From: Lama glama
Taxonomy: Eukaryota
Direction: 5' to 3'
Length of the DNA: 64,000 nt
Assembly: GCA_028534125.1 (NCBI GenBank)
Contig: CM052818.1
Location: 13,270,001 to 13,334,000 of the forward strand
Shown here: positions 1 to 12,750 of the stretch, piece by piece
How the letters are laid out: the number at the start of each line of letters is the position of its first letter
Numbering within the stretch: the stretch's first letter is position 1
Notes under the pieces: generated by a model
What the model was told of the DNA's origin: nothing
Database searches by the model: none
What the model saw: only the letters and a program-made list of their open reading frames with translations
Made by a program: the position numbers and the translations under genes

Positions 1-804
1 TGCCCTCTCTGGGAACACTTGCTGAGTGATCTGCTTCAGAACCAGGGTTAATGACAGGGATCTAATAACTGTTGGTTTGACCTGCACTGTTTTTCCAGAC
101 TGTGACTCCAGCCTCACTTCCACCCTTCTTTTGCTACCAAGTCTCTGGTTCACCTACAGGTAGAACCTACATGGCTCACTTGTAGGCAGGCTTAGAAGGA
201 TGGGCTGCAAGTTCCACAAATCACAGGCACATCGTCAAAAATGGTCAGAAAAGAAAGCAAAGCTGCCAGCATCATTTCCTCTTGACCAACTAGTCAGCTC
301 CTGCCAGCTCCTGAAGTAGGAGCTACACCATGACTGATGCCCCAGCACCGCATGGCTCTGTGGATTTCCCTGGCAATGTGTCTGCTCCAACAGCAGGTAG
401 CTGGTCAGTCCTCTGCATACCGCCCATCCCTGGCTGGATCCTTCACCACTGCAGTCCTCGTGTCTTCAACTCAACACCGAGCTGCTGTTGCCTCCCTGAC
501 ACACTCAGTGCTGTCCTTCAGGCCAAGCAATTCTGAGAGCTGAACTTCTGCATCCAACGGTGGGTGGGGGTGACACTCATCTGCAGTCACTCTGTCAGCC
601 AGTTTACAACTGTTCCTGACCTGTTGCTTCCTTCTCAGGGCAACTGGTCACACTGATCCACCTGGAGCCCAGGTGTGACAGTTCAGGTGTCAGAGGTGGC
701 TAGTCCAGAGCAAGTCTGTGTGAATTCAAACCTTCTGAGGATTCTGATCTTTACTGACTTTGGGCTCTCTCTGGCCTTTCTCAGGGCAACACAGAGTATT
801 AAAG

Positions 805-1132
805 CAATTCTCAAAGAGTTTCCTTACAATAATAGTGTCCTTTGAGATGCTGGTGATATGTTACAAGGTGGAGGTGGGGTAGGGGTCAGGAGTGTCTGTT
901 TTTAAATGAGTTTGGAAAACTCTACCTCCATAGACTTTGTTGGAGGTTCACAATTTGCATTAGAATATCCAAGGGTCTGTGAAATCCTGTCATAAAGAAA
1001 CCTGCTTAGATAGGCTGCATCCAGTGTTTCCCAAAATTATTTATAAGGCCACAACTCGCCCCTTTGTCCCCCAGAACATCTTTATACCTCAAATTGGACG
1101 CTGATGTTCTAATGAACACAGTTTGGAAAATC
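805..1132. mobile_element. Decayed hAT-Charlie DNA transposon, MER103C-like
   Basis: Contains gttcacaatttgcattagaatatccaagggtctgtgaaatcctgtcataaagaaacctg, an internal cagtgtttcccaaa and terminal gtttggaaaa, matching the MER103-type consensus as recalled. Confidence 0.55.
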
Positions 1133-1139
1133 TCAGTGG

Positions 1140-1250
1140 CCTGAGAATGAGAAGACCAGGGTAATTGTCCAGTTATTCCTCTAGCCAGATTTATACAAGT
1201 CTCTCACCTCTCTAGGCCTCAATTTCTTCATCTGTAAAATGGGGGTTAGA
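1140..1250 (+). mobile_element. MIR SINE fragment
   Basis: MIR core cacctctctaggcctcaatttcttcatctgtaaaatgggg. Confidence 0.75.
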
Positions 1251-1646
1251 TTAAGCCTGTTCTCAAACTAATCCTGAGAGAAACTTAAAGTGTCTATGGA
1301 CCTAACTTAGGAGCTTCCTCAAGGGATGCAGTGAAGAGAGATCTACTGGAGCCCTCCAGACCCCCTCCCCTCAACTGGCACAGCTTTGTTGATAGCTGTT
1401 TTATGCATAATAAAGTGTCCTTGTCAGTGAACACCTAGAAGTTCCTTTTGGAAGAGAGGGCAGTGGGAAAGGGATAGCAGAGGGGGGAAGAGTGTGAGGA
1501 TGGAGACTACTGTCCAGCTCCCCTGGCTCCTGTACTACTGCCTCAACCCCCAGTTTGGACATTGGTTTAGTGCCCAACCCCCAACGCCTCTGCCATCCAA
1601 AGGCTGGATATGACATGGTCTGACACCCCCATTACCACCAGCAAAC

Positions 1647-1820
1647 CTGTGTTTATCAAAGAGAAGCACATGGAATACACTGGTGTTTATTAAAATGCAG
1701 ATTCCTGGGCTCCACTTAAGACCTACTGAATCAGAACTAGGGGAGAACAGGACCTGAGAATCTGCATTTTAACAAAGGCCCCACCTAATTCTTAGGAACT
1801 CTGAAGTTTCAGATCCACTG
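1647..1820. mobile_element. MER5A/MER5B-type hAT element
   Basis: aaaatgcagattcctgggctccac...ctactgaatcagaa...gaatctgcattttaacaa...ccactg end. Confidence 0.75.
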
Positions 1821-3371
1821 CCTGGATCTCAGGAGCCAGGAAGTTTTCACCACACTAAGCATTTGACCCCCTCCCTCCACTGATGAGGGTTGTTCCTCTG
1901 GTAGGTGCTAGAACTCTGCAACACTCCACTATGGATGTGCTGCGTGGGACCGAGGCACATTCATCCCATAAGAGTGCCCAGAGGACGCTAAAGGTAGGGC
2001 CTGGGAATGAAGGTCTAAAATCAGTTGTGAGAAAAAGCATGGAATGCACGTAGGAAGCTATTGGGCTGTCAAAAATGGGGTTGGAGCTGTAGAAGTAAAA
2101 AGCAAGCTAGAGAAGGTCTGCATGGCCAAAAAGATGAGAGAACGTCTGGCTGAATTCCAGAGATATGGGTCAACACCTGGCTGGGATTTGTTCTCTTTGG
2201 TTTGGTTTTTTAACTTGTTCTGACTATGCATTTGTGTATTATTAGCTCATGTTTGCAGGAGTAGAACAAATCTGTTAGAGAGATGGCAGGAAAGCAGCAG
2301 ACACAAGTGGAATCAGAAAGAATCCCTTCCCTCCTTCCCTCCTCCCCAAAGTACAGGTTGCAGCATAGGTCTCTGGGAAAGTACAAGTAGCCTTTTGGGA
2401 TAGTTCCTCCCTCATCCTCAAGCTGCACTGCAGTAGGCTCTTGTGGTGGACAGCACCCAGGGCCCCCCACAAGGACACTGGGACTTGCCTTCTGCTTGTG
2501 ACCGAACTGAGGGCAAATCATGATAAAATCAGAGGAGAGTCTCTAAATCCCAGTATCATGTTTCTCTCTAGAAACTCTGAGCCGGGGGTTCTGGCTTCTC
2601 CATCTGAGTGATGTCTCAGATTTCCATCACGCCTTCCTCCTCTGTCATATAAAGCATGTGGCTGAGAGAGTGAGCTTTGATGTCTGACAGACCTGGGGTT
2701 GCACCCTGGCCCTGCTGCTCACACACTCCACAGTCGATCACTATCAAAGCTAAGGGTCTGTAAACTTCGGTGAAGAGTTGGTAAGTGTCCGCATTTGCAC
2801 TGGGGACAATATTGCCAGTGCCTGCCACATTAAAATCCTTACAAAGATTCAATGAAGAAATGATCCCCAGGCAGGCTTTAGCAACTCGGCTCCATACACA
2901 TTTAAGTTTTTACTATATGCTGCAGGCATCCAATGAGGCCTTTTCAAATTCATTCAGCAGATAAAGTTCAAACCCTTCCTAGACATCAGAAGTTATTGAA
3001 CTGAATTCTGCAAGAGGTGAAAAGCAGGAACTCATGTTTGTGGTGTAAACTGAGGAGAGCTTGGGTTTGAAAGAGACCTGGGTACCTTTCACACTAATTC
3101 ATATACAATTCAGACAGAGGAGGGGTTTCCTATTTGTTCTATTGGAACTTGTAACACAAAGGAAAAAAAAAAAACCCAATAGCACAAATCAACCAGGTTT
3201 CTTCATAAGCAGGAAAACACATGCACAGAATTCCAGGATGAATACTTGAAGATATATGTAGGGATCAAAGTTCTGAAAAGGCACTCACCCTTCCTTAATG
3301 GGGACATGCTTCTTCACTTGCTCTCCTCACTCCTGACTTCTTGTTCTGCCAATGTGCCTTTGCCTTCTGGA

Positions 3372-3554
3372 TGGTGGTTCTGAAAGTTTGATGTGCCTCA
3401 GAATCCCCTGGAGGGCTTGTCAAAACAAAGATTTCTGGGCTCACCCACAGAGTTTCTGATTCAGGAAGTTACGGGTGGCACCTGAGAATTTGCATTTTCA
3501 CTAATTCCCAGTGATGCCACTGCTACTGGCTGGAGTCCTCATTTCATACAGCAC
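3372..3554. mobile_element. MER5A
   Basis: gtggttctgaaagtttg...cagaatcccctggagggcttgtcaaaaca...gagtttctgattcag...gagaatttgcatttt. Confidence 0.8.
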
Positions 3555-3569
3555 CTAATTCCATCCCTT

Positions 3570-3732
3570 ATGAGCTGCTTAACCTCTTTATGCCTCAGGT
3601 GCTGCATCTATAAATTGGGGATAAGAACATCTACCTCATTGGGTTCTTGTATAAGGATTAAATTATTTACTCCTCAAAAAGTACTTAGGACACTTTAAGT
3701 AATTTGTTAAGCTCTCAATAAATGTTAGCCAT
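3570..3732 (+). mobile_element. MIR SINE
   Basis: cttaacctctttatgcctcag...catctataaattggggataag...ctcaataaatgttagcc. Confidence 0.75.
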
Positions 3733-3869
3733 AATCCCAGAGAGGGCTGCAGTAAGGAAGCAGTCTGCTAATAAAATCTTCCACGCTTGTATTATAGAAC
3801 TCAAGCAGTCCCTCAAAACGAGCCCCTTTCTCCCTGCGCCCATTACATCTTTTCAAGCTGTATTAAAAA

Positions 3870-4120
3870 TAACGACACCTAAAATGTATTGAGTACTCAC
3901 TGTGCTAAGAATACTAAGCAATTTACACGCAATCTTCCTGTCACCTTCACAACAATCCTGTGAGATGGGACTATAATCCCACTTTTGCAAATGAGGAGAA
4001 TGAGGCTGCAAGAGTACCTAAATATCTAAGGTGTCTTGCTCTATGTTCCACAACCTTTAAGTGGCCAAACTGGGATTTGAATCTCCTAAACCCATGACTG
4101 CAAAGCCAATGCCCTTACCC
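3870..4120 (-). mobile_element. MIR SINE
   Basis: tattgagtactcactgtgct...acaacaatcctgtgagatgg...ttttgcaaatgaggagaatgaggct...ctgggatttgaa (antisense MIR). Confidence 0.7.
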
Positions 4121-6633
4121 ATCTCAGAGGTAGCAAGCAGGTTTAGTGGTCAAGTCATCCCATCTGCTAACAGTTGCCTGGAGCACAGGATTCTGAGGCA
4201 TAAATATCCTGGCTTAAGGGGAAGGATTGCTGGAATTGATTAGAAAGGCCTAGCTGCTGTGTAAGCTGGGGGCGAGGGGTGGGGGGTACTGTCAAAACGT
4301 AGACCAGAAATTTGCTGCCCCTGCACTTTGCTGTGGCAACACAGATGGTGGTAAAGGTTTCCTAATTTTATTGAAGATTATATTTAAATACACACAAATC
4401 AGGTGAATGCTCTCAGGAGTTACTAATGATTTCAGATCTGTAGTCCAGCTCCCCTGCCCACTGTAATTTAATTCACGTGGTATTTCAGTGCACACTGATG
4501 AAGGCAAATAGTTGTGTGACTAAGCCTCATCTGCAGATGATCCAAAATCATTTTCCTTTGGTTTTAGAGTTCCAGCAGGTGCTTTAAAATTGTCAATAGA
4601 CTATCTGACATGATTGATAAATATTCTAGCAAGTTTCTGGATAGTATGCAAGGATTTAAATGGGAAAAAGATATTCCATCTTCAGGTAAAACTTGAAAAA
4701 AACCAAGCTTTAACTGCCTGGGAGAATCTAATCCAGACTGTCAGGGCTGGAGCTGGGCAGTCGCACTTTAAACAGGTACCACAAGGTCTCACAATAGTGT
4801 GTGGATAATAGATATTTGAGAAAGAATAGCAACTCTGTGTAAGAGATAGTGTTTAATTCACCTCTATGCAATGTCCGGTGCACATATAGATTTTAAATCT
4901 TTTGCAGATAACTCTGCAAACCTTTCCTCCACCCCTCTCCCAACCCTGCCTGCCTAAAGAGGACCACAGGCCAAGGTGGGAAACCACTGGCTGCAGTTTT
5001 GATTCCTGCCCATTCTAGCACAGTTGTCTCTTGGCATGTAGATGGGCCATCACTCACCTGAGAAGGAGAGAAGAAAAGTCACACTCACCAAGCACTTATG
5101 TGACAGGAGTGGATCCGTATTAGCTGCTTTACATACACATTTTCATTTAAAAGCAGGAGTCCAATTCCTTCTTCTATCATCTACACCAACACAATTGAAA
5201 CACAAATTTGATTAATAAATTCTCATTTTACTGTAAAATCAGATATCTCCATTTCAGTTTTTATGCTTTATATGGCTAAAACTCACATTTTAAAATAATA
5301 TTGAATATGAAAAATGTGTTGGGCATCTACTTGAGCAAAGCCCTATGCAGGGGACCATAAAGACGTCACTAAAAATCAGCTTGCACTGAACACTGGGGAT
5401 TCTCATCATTAAAGTACTCATCTGGATATTTTTGAGTGGTTCCTATTCTGTTTGCCAAATTCAAAACTTCTGAACTTTAGAAATGGAGAAATAGGAAGAC
5501 AGGGTTGTCTTTCCTTAATAAACAGTTATTAGGTTCTAACAGATGTGGCTTAAATAAGATTATGATCCCAATTGCCTTTTGCTTAACCTCACATTCAAAT
5601 TAGCTTGGGTTCCCTGAGTGGACGGTGCTGGTCTAGAATTCGAAATTCACAGAGAAAATATAAAGCAATGAGGACAATAAGAAACAATGAATGTATGTAA
5701 AAGACAAAGAAAAAGACACCACAATTATCCATAACAGGAAGCTGTTTGCCCAGCGTCTCTGTCATGCCTGGCACTGAAGGACTGACTGGACATTACTACA
5801 TGCTGGTTTGATGTCGTAAATGGTAACCATGAGGCCTTGGACTATAGTAAAGACCGAACTTAAAAACACAAGGACAAAAGCACCCAGAAAACTGTCTTAA
5901 TCGACTCAGTTCTGATCGTTTCTTGCTAGGCTATGCTCAGATTTAAAACCATCAGGCTCATAGATGATTGAGCTGTAGTTCATTAAGAAATGCTTGAGGG
6001 GTGATGAGAAAGGAGAAAATGAGAACTGCTTCATTGGGAGAATTTTTTTTAATGCTATTTGTCTTCATGACGCCAAGGAGAAGCACAAGGAGATTCAGCA
6101 GCTGCATTTAGTTTGTGATGACCTTTCACCTCTGTTGATCTCTGACCTGGCTGTTTCAATCACACAGACACGGCAGCTCGACAAGGAGAGGTTTAAGGAG
6201 ACAGTTCTCCTTTGTAGTGCAGTGGGAGGGAAAGAAGTTGAGAAGAAAATCTCTCCAGCAAAACAAATTGCCTCTGTGCTATAGCTGCCAAAGGGTTAAC
6301 AGACCATCAGGTCCAGTTTCTGCTCAGCAGTTTAATTGCTGCAGGCCAGAGAAACAGTGGAGGGAGGGATGGCCGTTACTAGGGATCTCATTTTTCAAAG
6401 AGCTGTCAGAAAGCTAGGCCACTGAATGGGTCTGATACAGAAACCAGGAATTGGGTCTCTTTCTCAAATTTGAACCACTCAGATCCTCCACTTGTCCCTC
6501 AACAGGAATTCTCTAATTGTTGGCTACCAAGGTCTTTTTATCTGTTAATAGATTTTTTTCCCAAAAGAGGCATACCATATAGAGATTGTGAGGGTGTCTG
6601 TGTATGTGTGTGTGTGTGTATGTGATTTTAAAG

Positions 6634-6809
6634 CAGGGGTCTCAAAGCTGAGCATGCATCAGAACCACCTGGCAGGCTTGTTAAAATAGGTAGTAATAGG
6701 CCCACACCATTAGACTTATTTCAGTAGATCTGGATGGGGCCCAGAAATGTGCATTTCTGTCAATTCCATAGGTGCTGCTGGTCTTAGAACCACTTTGTGA
6801 GAACCACTG
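6634..6809. mobile_element. MER5A
   Basis: Termini caggggtctcaaa...gagaaccactg; similar flanking 8-mers ttttaaag/ttgtaaaa fit a decayed hAT target-site duplication. Confidence 0.8.
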
Positions 6810-7462
6810 TTGTAAAATACACTTTCCACTGTCTTCTTTCTGCCTTCATAATTATACTTACACAAACACACACACACACCAGCATAATAAATGTTACATA
6901 TTATAAGTTATAAAAATATTATTATTTATTAATAGCTACTTTGAGTACCCACTGTGTGCCAGTGCTATTAATTCTCCAAGGCAAGTATTATGTTGCCCAT
7001 TTTACGAATTAAGGCCTGACCCAGCCCAAATCCGACTCCTAAGCCCATGCTCTTAACTACTTTAATATTTTCTTAACAGATAATAAAACAATGAGTCAAA
7101 ATTAGCCAACATGCAAGTATTTTAATCAATGTATTTTCTATATTCTAATAACATACATACCTGAACTAAATCTAGGTGGAAGAGTATAAACTTTCTTTTT
7201 CTATATATCACTTAGAGCTAAAAAAGGAATATCCAAGGAATATTGCTAAATCAACCAGTCAAGAAATGTGTACTGAGTTCTTCCTGGTATTTGAGGACCA
7301 CAGGACAGGGCAGCTTCCTGACCCAATGCACCTTAAGCAATCAGGGAATAGTTTAAGATTAGTGTAAATGTCGAACCTGAGTGCCAGGCCACGAGATTTT
7401 TTTTCCTTGACAAATAGTAGTAAGTGCAAAAGATAACGTGGCATCCAAACAATGTCTTGGAG

Positions 7463-7643
7463 CAGTGGTTCTCAAGCTTTACCCAGCATCAGAATCACGG
7501 GGAGGGCTTGTTGGAACACACACAGCTGCCTCCCGGTTTCGGATTTAGCAGCACTGATGGGAAGCCCAATAATTTGCATTTCTAATGATTTCTCCAGTGA
7601 TGCTGAAGCTGCTGGTCCAGGGACCACCCTTTAAGAACCATTG
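7463..7643. mobile_element. MER5A
   Basis: cagtggttctcaagctt...catcagaatcac...ggagggcttgtt...aatttgcatttctaa...gctgctggtccagggaccaccctttaagaaccattg. Confidence 0.85.
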
Positions 7644-7679
7644 TTTTAGAACAAGCCTTTCTGGATTCTCATCCATCTT

Positions 7680-8080
7680 TTAGGCATTGATTGAGCAGAC
7701 ACTGCTGGAGTGCCTACCACAGATAAAGCTTCTTTCTAGCTCTGAGGATAAAGCTGTAAGCCAAACAGACAAAATCTCTGCCTTCACAGAGCTCACTATC
7801 TAGGAAGGACAACTGATGGAAATAATAAATACATAATGTGACAAGTGATTCAAAGAAAGACAAAAGAGTAAAAGTGGGCAGATGTAAGACGCTATCTTAG
7901 TGCATTCACCTCTCTGAGGAGATGATACCCGTCAGAACAAAGCAGGGCGGACACCTCGGGGAAGAGAATTCCAAAGAGGAAGTACGAAGGCCCTGAGACA
8001 GAATTGTGTTCACTGTGTTCAAAGAAAAGCAAGGACCCTAGTGGCAGAAGGGGTGTGTGCAAGAGGAGAGTGGTAGAGGA
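7680..8080 (-). mobile_element. L2 LINE 3' fragment
   Basis: cattgattgagc...acagacaaaatctctgccttcacagagctcactatctagg...gaaggccctgagacagaa...caaggaccctagtggc, typical of antisense L2. Confidence 0.65.
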
Positions 8081-11000
8081 GATTCAGATTTAATAGGAAT
8101 CTGCATTTTTAAAAGCTCCCCAGGAGATTCTAATACACGTCCAGGTTTGGAAGTGACTTCTAAGATGCACTTAAGCTCATCCAACTTTTCCTATTTCTCA
8201 TCCACACTGTTTTGGTGCGGGATCTGAGAGCAGACACATTCCCTGGAGCACAAAACAAAGAGTACACCCTCAGAGGGGAAGGATTATTGGGCATGCATAG
8301 GGACTGGGCTTTGCATGGTTTCTGTTCAAAATCATTTCTCTCCCCTAAGCAAGTGCCTGCACCCAGCTTACATATTGAATGTGGAAACGGAGGAAAGGGC
8401 TGAATCCAAAGAGAAAGGGGCAGCTCTTGGGGACAGACAAGATATGGAGGGCAAAGGAGGGTAAGAATGGATATGCATGGCTATGAATGGGGATTTACAG
8501 AAGAAATGGAATTTACATGGGGACGATGAGTCTGGTTTTATACCTAAGTCTATGTGAGTCAAATGGAAGTGCGGGGGCGGGGGGGGGAGTAGGGGAGATA
8601 ATAAGACCTGGGGAAAAGGTTTTGGCTGTATGCAAACAGGTGACAAGTGAAGCCCCCAAATTAAATAAGTTCCCTGAAGAAGAGAGTGTGGACGGTGGAG
8701 AACAGGTCAGGACTCAGCCCTGGTGGGGAGAGATGACCAGGGGAGAAAAAAGAGATGAAGAATCAACAGCAGAGTACAAGAAACGTGCAACAGCCCACCC
8801 ACCTACTTATTACCCTAAATTACTGTTTCTGACGGAGCTGCAGCAAACACAGAATGGGCAAAGGTCAGTTCTTCTGTCCTTCAAGCACGTGGGTATGTGA
8901 CCAGCTGGCTTTGTAAAAGGGATCTCTCATCATGGAGAACACTTTATCTCATAAATAAGTCAGACTCAATTATTTTATATCAAAACAATATCTTAGCTTT
9001 TAACGAGCACAACTGCCAATACCCAGAGTCACGCATTATGAATCACTATTTGCTCCTTCCTACACTTTCTAATTTCCTGCTAAGGAGACAGGGCTGAATG
9101 GGGTCATTAATCTGAATTAGAAATACTGTGACCTGCTCTGCACTTTGCTTGCTAACACTGTGGCAGGAGCTGGATCTGTTGGGGGGTTTACTTTCCACTC
9201 AGTCTCCAGGACAAGGTGGGGTAGGGATGGGGGGAGATGCTGAGCTAGTTTTAACTTTTAAGCCCATTTTAATTCCAGGTGCCATTTGGGCATCTCACCC
9301 TGGGCTTTGAAATCATTGCTATTATTTCAGTGATTTTACTGGAAATGTCATCAAATGACAAGCTTTGCTCAGCCTCTGTCTGGAACTCTAGAAGGCTCAC
9401 CGAAGCAGCCTAAAATAATGTGCCAGCTTTATTAGAAAAGGGGAAACTTGTGTATTTTTCTGGCTAAATTGATGAGACTCAGTGAAAGTTTCACTGCTGG
9501 TGCTGTGAAGGGAGGGATCTGAATGGAGCAGGGGCACCTGTAAGATGGTTGGTTCAATAAGTCTCTCTCACCACTGCCTGCTGACTTCAGAGAAAATACA
9601 ATGAATGGCCCTTGGAAAAACATAACTGCAAAGCCATCATTTACAGCTTTCAGATATTTATTTCACTTGCACTAACTACTTACTGTGTGGGCTGGGAAAA
9701 TACACAGAGAGGAAATTCAGGTTTATTAATTTACCTTCTTGTTCAGAACCCTGGTAAGAATTTTGATGGAATTACCGGGGCTGATGGGAGTTGGGAATTC
9801 TCTTTAGAGCTACACCAGCCTTGCTCTCCAGAGACACCCAGCACAGAGTCACAGACTATAGCAGACCCCTAATGCAGTAACCTTTAGCCAAAACATACCT
9901 TTCCTGATTTGCCCGCCCAGCTCTGCCCCTAAGAGCAGGCAGGTCTGTTAGGGTATTAGGGTGTGTCCACAGGAGCAGCCCCAGCCTTTTGAGGTGAACA
10001 GGAATGGCTGCATTCCCTCAAGTTGCCTCTGGATGTCTCTCCCAGACTCAGAATGCAGGGCTGAAGGAACTGTGGGTTTGAGCTAAAAGCATTCATCAGC
10101 CACCGGGCCCCACTGCCCTACTCAAGAGTCCTTGGAAGCTGGGAGGATGGTAGCCTCACATTTCCTTTATGGCGTGTGCATGAAAACTGTTCCCCTGCCC
10201 CCCACACGGCCATCCATGGTCCTGGGTGGTCAGCGGGACCAGCAGCCTCGCACTGAAACTCTTGAGCTGGCCAGCATCCCACTGCCCACTCCAGGCACCC
10301 CACCTCCTCCTGAGAGACCCAGACGTGCCTGTAGCCAACTCGCTTTGAGGCCTCGGGCTTTGGGGGCTTTGTTGCCGCTCTAGGGCTATGGAAAACTCGA
10401 GTAATTTTCTGTGGCCATAACCCCAGGGTCCTGAGTCAGTGTAATTATAAGTCAATCACTTCCTTTCCAATTCTGGTTTCTCTTCCCTTTAGGCAGGTAA
10501 AATCATTACCACGGCTCCCTTCTCCCCTCAGGTGGACATTTGTACAGGCCATTTACCTCACATCTCATGAATCTTCTCAACTGAATGTTATTTGTGGGGT
10601 TGTACTTATTTATTGAACTCAGAACAGCCTGTCATCCATCTTCACAGCCTAGGGCCACCTTCTGTTTTCCTAAGTGCGAGAGCCCAGCAGATGATCCCCA
10701 GGAAGCAACCTTCCCAACGCACAGCCCTGGAGGACCCCCACAACCTGCAGCCCTCAACCCACCACAGCCTGGCTTGGAGAGGCCCTCAGGGTGTAATGAG
10801 GTCAGAGGAAGCAACTCTGTCCATGAGGGAGGTACTGAGAGCAGGATGGGGAAGAGAAGGCTTTATGTGTATTGAGAAATGAGGGAGAATCCCTTCCAAA
10901 CATGTCCAAGCCTTCCTCATGACACTAACTAGAAAAAAAGAGAGAGAAAAAGAAAAGAAAATGCCTTCTTGAGTCAGGCAAAGCAGTTCCAACTACAGGA

Positions 11001-11499
11001 TGGTTATTTATGAGTTAATTGTGTTGATTATCGAGGGGGCTGTTTAAATGCTCCCCAGGACACCTCCTAATCGCCCTTCCCCTCCTTGCTCAGTCAGCCA
11101 TTCCACCAAACAATCCCGCAGAAAGCACTGAGGCTTTTCATGATGTAGAAGGCGCTCCTGCCTCAGCCGAAACCCAGCCCACAGAGCTCAGAGCTGGGAA
11201 GCTGTATCCTGAATTGCGCCACCATCTCTGAAACTTTACAACTCTGACTGATGTGCATTCCCAAGGTTCCAGATTTGCAGTTTCCCTTTTCTGAAGGTAT
11301 GGATTTTGCAGTCGATCCTAGAGCCAGATTCACCGTCCATTCCTGCCCCAATGACACATACTTCAGAGGCTCTGTTGCATTTTTAATTACGTAGTTTAGC
11401 TGCCGTCAGCATCTCTGCAATCATTTCTCATGCTCCTTCCTCCAGCATTTTTCAGCATAGCTGCAATTCCCTAAAGAATATGTCAATACAGCAACATAA

Positions 11500-11680
11500 A
11501 GCAGTAGGAGGTGTGGTCAGAGAGTCTGGGGGTCCTGAGTTCAGCACCTTAGTATTTGCAAGACCTTGGGCAAGTTATTCAACTTCCTTAAATTCCACTG
11601 TCTTCATAAATAAAATGGGGGTGAAATAGAATAGCTGTGAGGCTTAAATAAGATAACGAACAGAAATACTTATCCTGGGT
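11500..11680 (+). mobile_element. MIR SINE
   Basis: gaccttgggcaagttattcaacttcc...aaaatgggg...gtgaggcttaaataagataac. Confidence 0.7.
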
Positions 11681-11685
11681 ATGCT

Positions 11686-11967
11686 GCAGCACTGTCCAGC
11701 AGATATCTATTGTAAGTTGTGAATATAATTTTAAATTTTCTAGTAGTTTCATTTTTCAAAAAAGGAAAAGAAACAGCTGAACTCTAATATGTTATAAAAT
11801 ACTATCATTATAAAACAGCATCAATGTAAAATATATTAATGAGATATCTGTAAATTCTTTTTTGTCATAATAAACATTTGAAATCTTATATGCATTTTAT
11901 ATATCTCAATGCAGGCTAGCCACATGCCAAGCACTTTTGATTAGTGGCTACAGTGTGCGGCAGCACA
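11686..11967. mobile_element. MER3/MER33-type hAT element
   Basis: gcagcactgtccagcaga...taattttaaattttctagtag...ctagccacatgccaagcac...tagtggctacagtgtgcggcagcaca. Confidence 0.7.
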
Positions 11968-12229
11968 AGTCTAAAACATGGTAAATTTTAGGTAAAGGCA
12001 AGTTCCTTTCTCTAATATCTGTCTTTCCATGCCTTGGAGTTTGGAAATACTTGGAAATGAATTCTGAAATCACCGTCAGCCCCAGTGCTGAAAGGCTGTT
12101 TTTGAGTTTGAGTGTTGGTCTTTTCCTGCCGGAGGATAGGCAAGGAAGGAGTTGGTGCCCAGCTAGAGTTCTGTGGATTCTCTATAATTTTATCCTGCCG
12201 AACAGGCAGATGCTTCTACCGTCCTGATT

Positions 12230-12750
12230 TCCTGGAACCCAACACCTCAGATTTGCAGGAGTCCTTAATGAACTAGCCCAATCTCTTATCAGATTCCTGA
12301 ACAGCTTATACAATGTCCATGCTAATCCCTCAGCCTCTTCTTGAATGCCCCCAGTGATGGGCAGCTCACCATGCCCCAGAATGCTGCTCCACTTTCAAGG
12401 TATTGGTGTTGAGGAAACTCCTTTAGAAACATGTCCTTCTCTCCACTTCTACTCAATGGTCCTAATACCAACCTCTGGGAAAAACTGTCCTCTGTGTGAC
12501 AATTCTACCAGCAACTGAAGATAGCTCCCAGGTACCTTCTAGGTCTCTTTTTGTCGAGGATAATCAGCCCCCGTTATTTCCACTGAGCTCATACGACCAA
12601 GTGTGAAACCCCCTCTCCATACTAAGTGCATGTAGTAGTTGTTATGTGTGCTTTACGAAGTACAGCCCCCAGAACTAAACATAAACTGTGCAATGTGGGC
12701 TTTGAAGACAAATGTTCGATTATGGGCAACCTCACCACCACTATCTTTGC
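12230..12750. mobile_element. CR1/L3 LINE 3' remnant
   Basis: cagcctcttcttgaatgcccccagtgatgggcagctcacca...ctggga...tctgtgtgaca...tgaagatagctc resembles the L3/CR1 3' region. Confidence 0.55.

Noticed and set aside
8487..8900. 137-aa ORF in purine-rich sequence
   Set aside because: No recognisable domain or clear splice signals; the G/A-rich composition lowers stop frequency.
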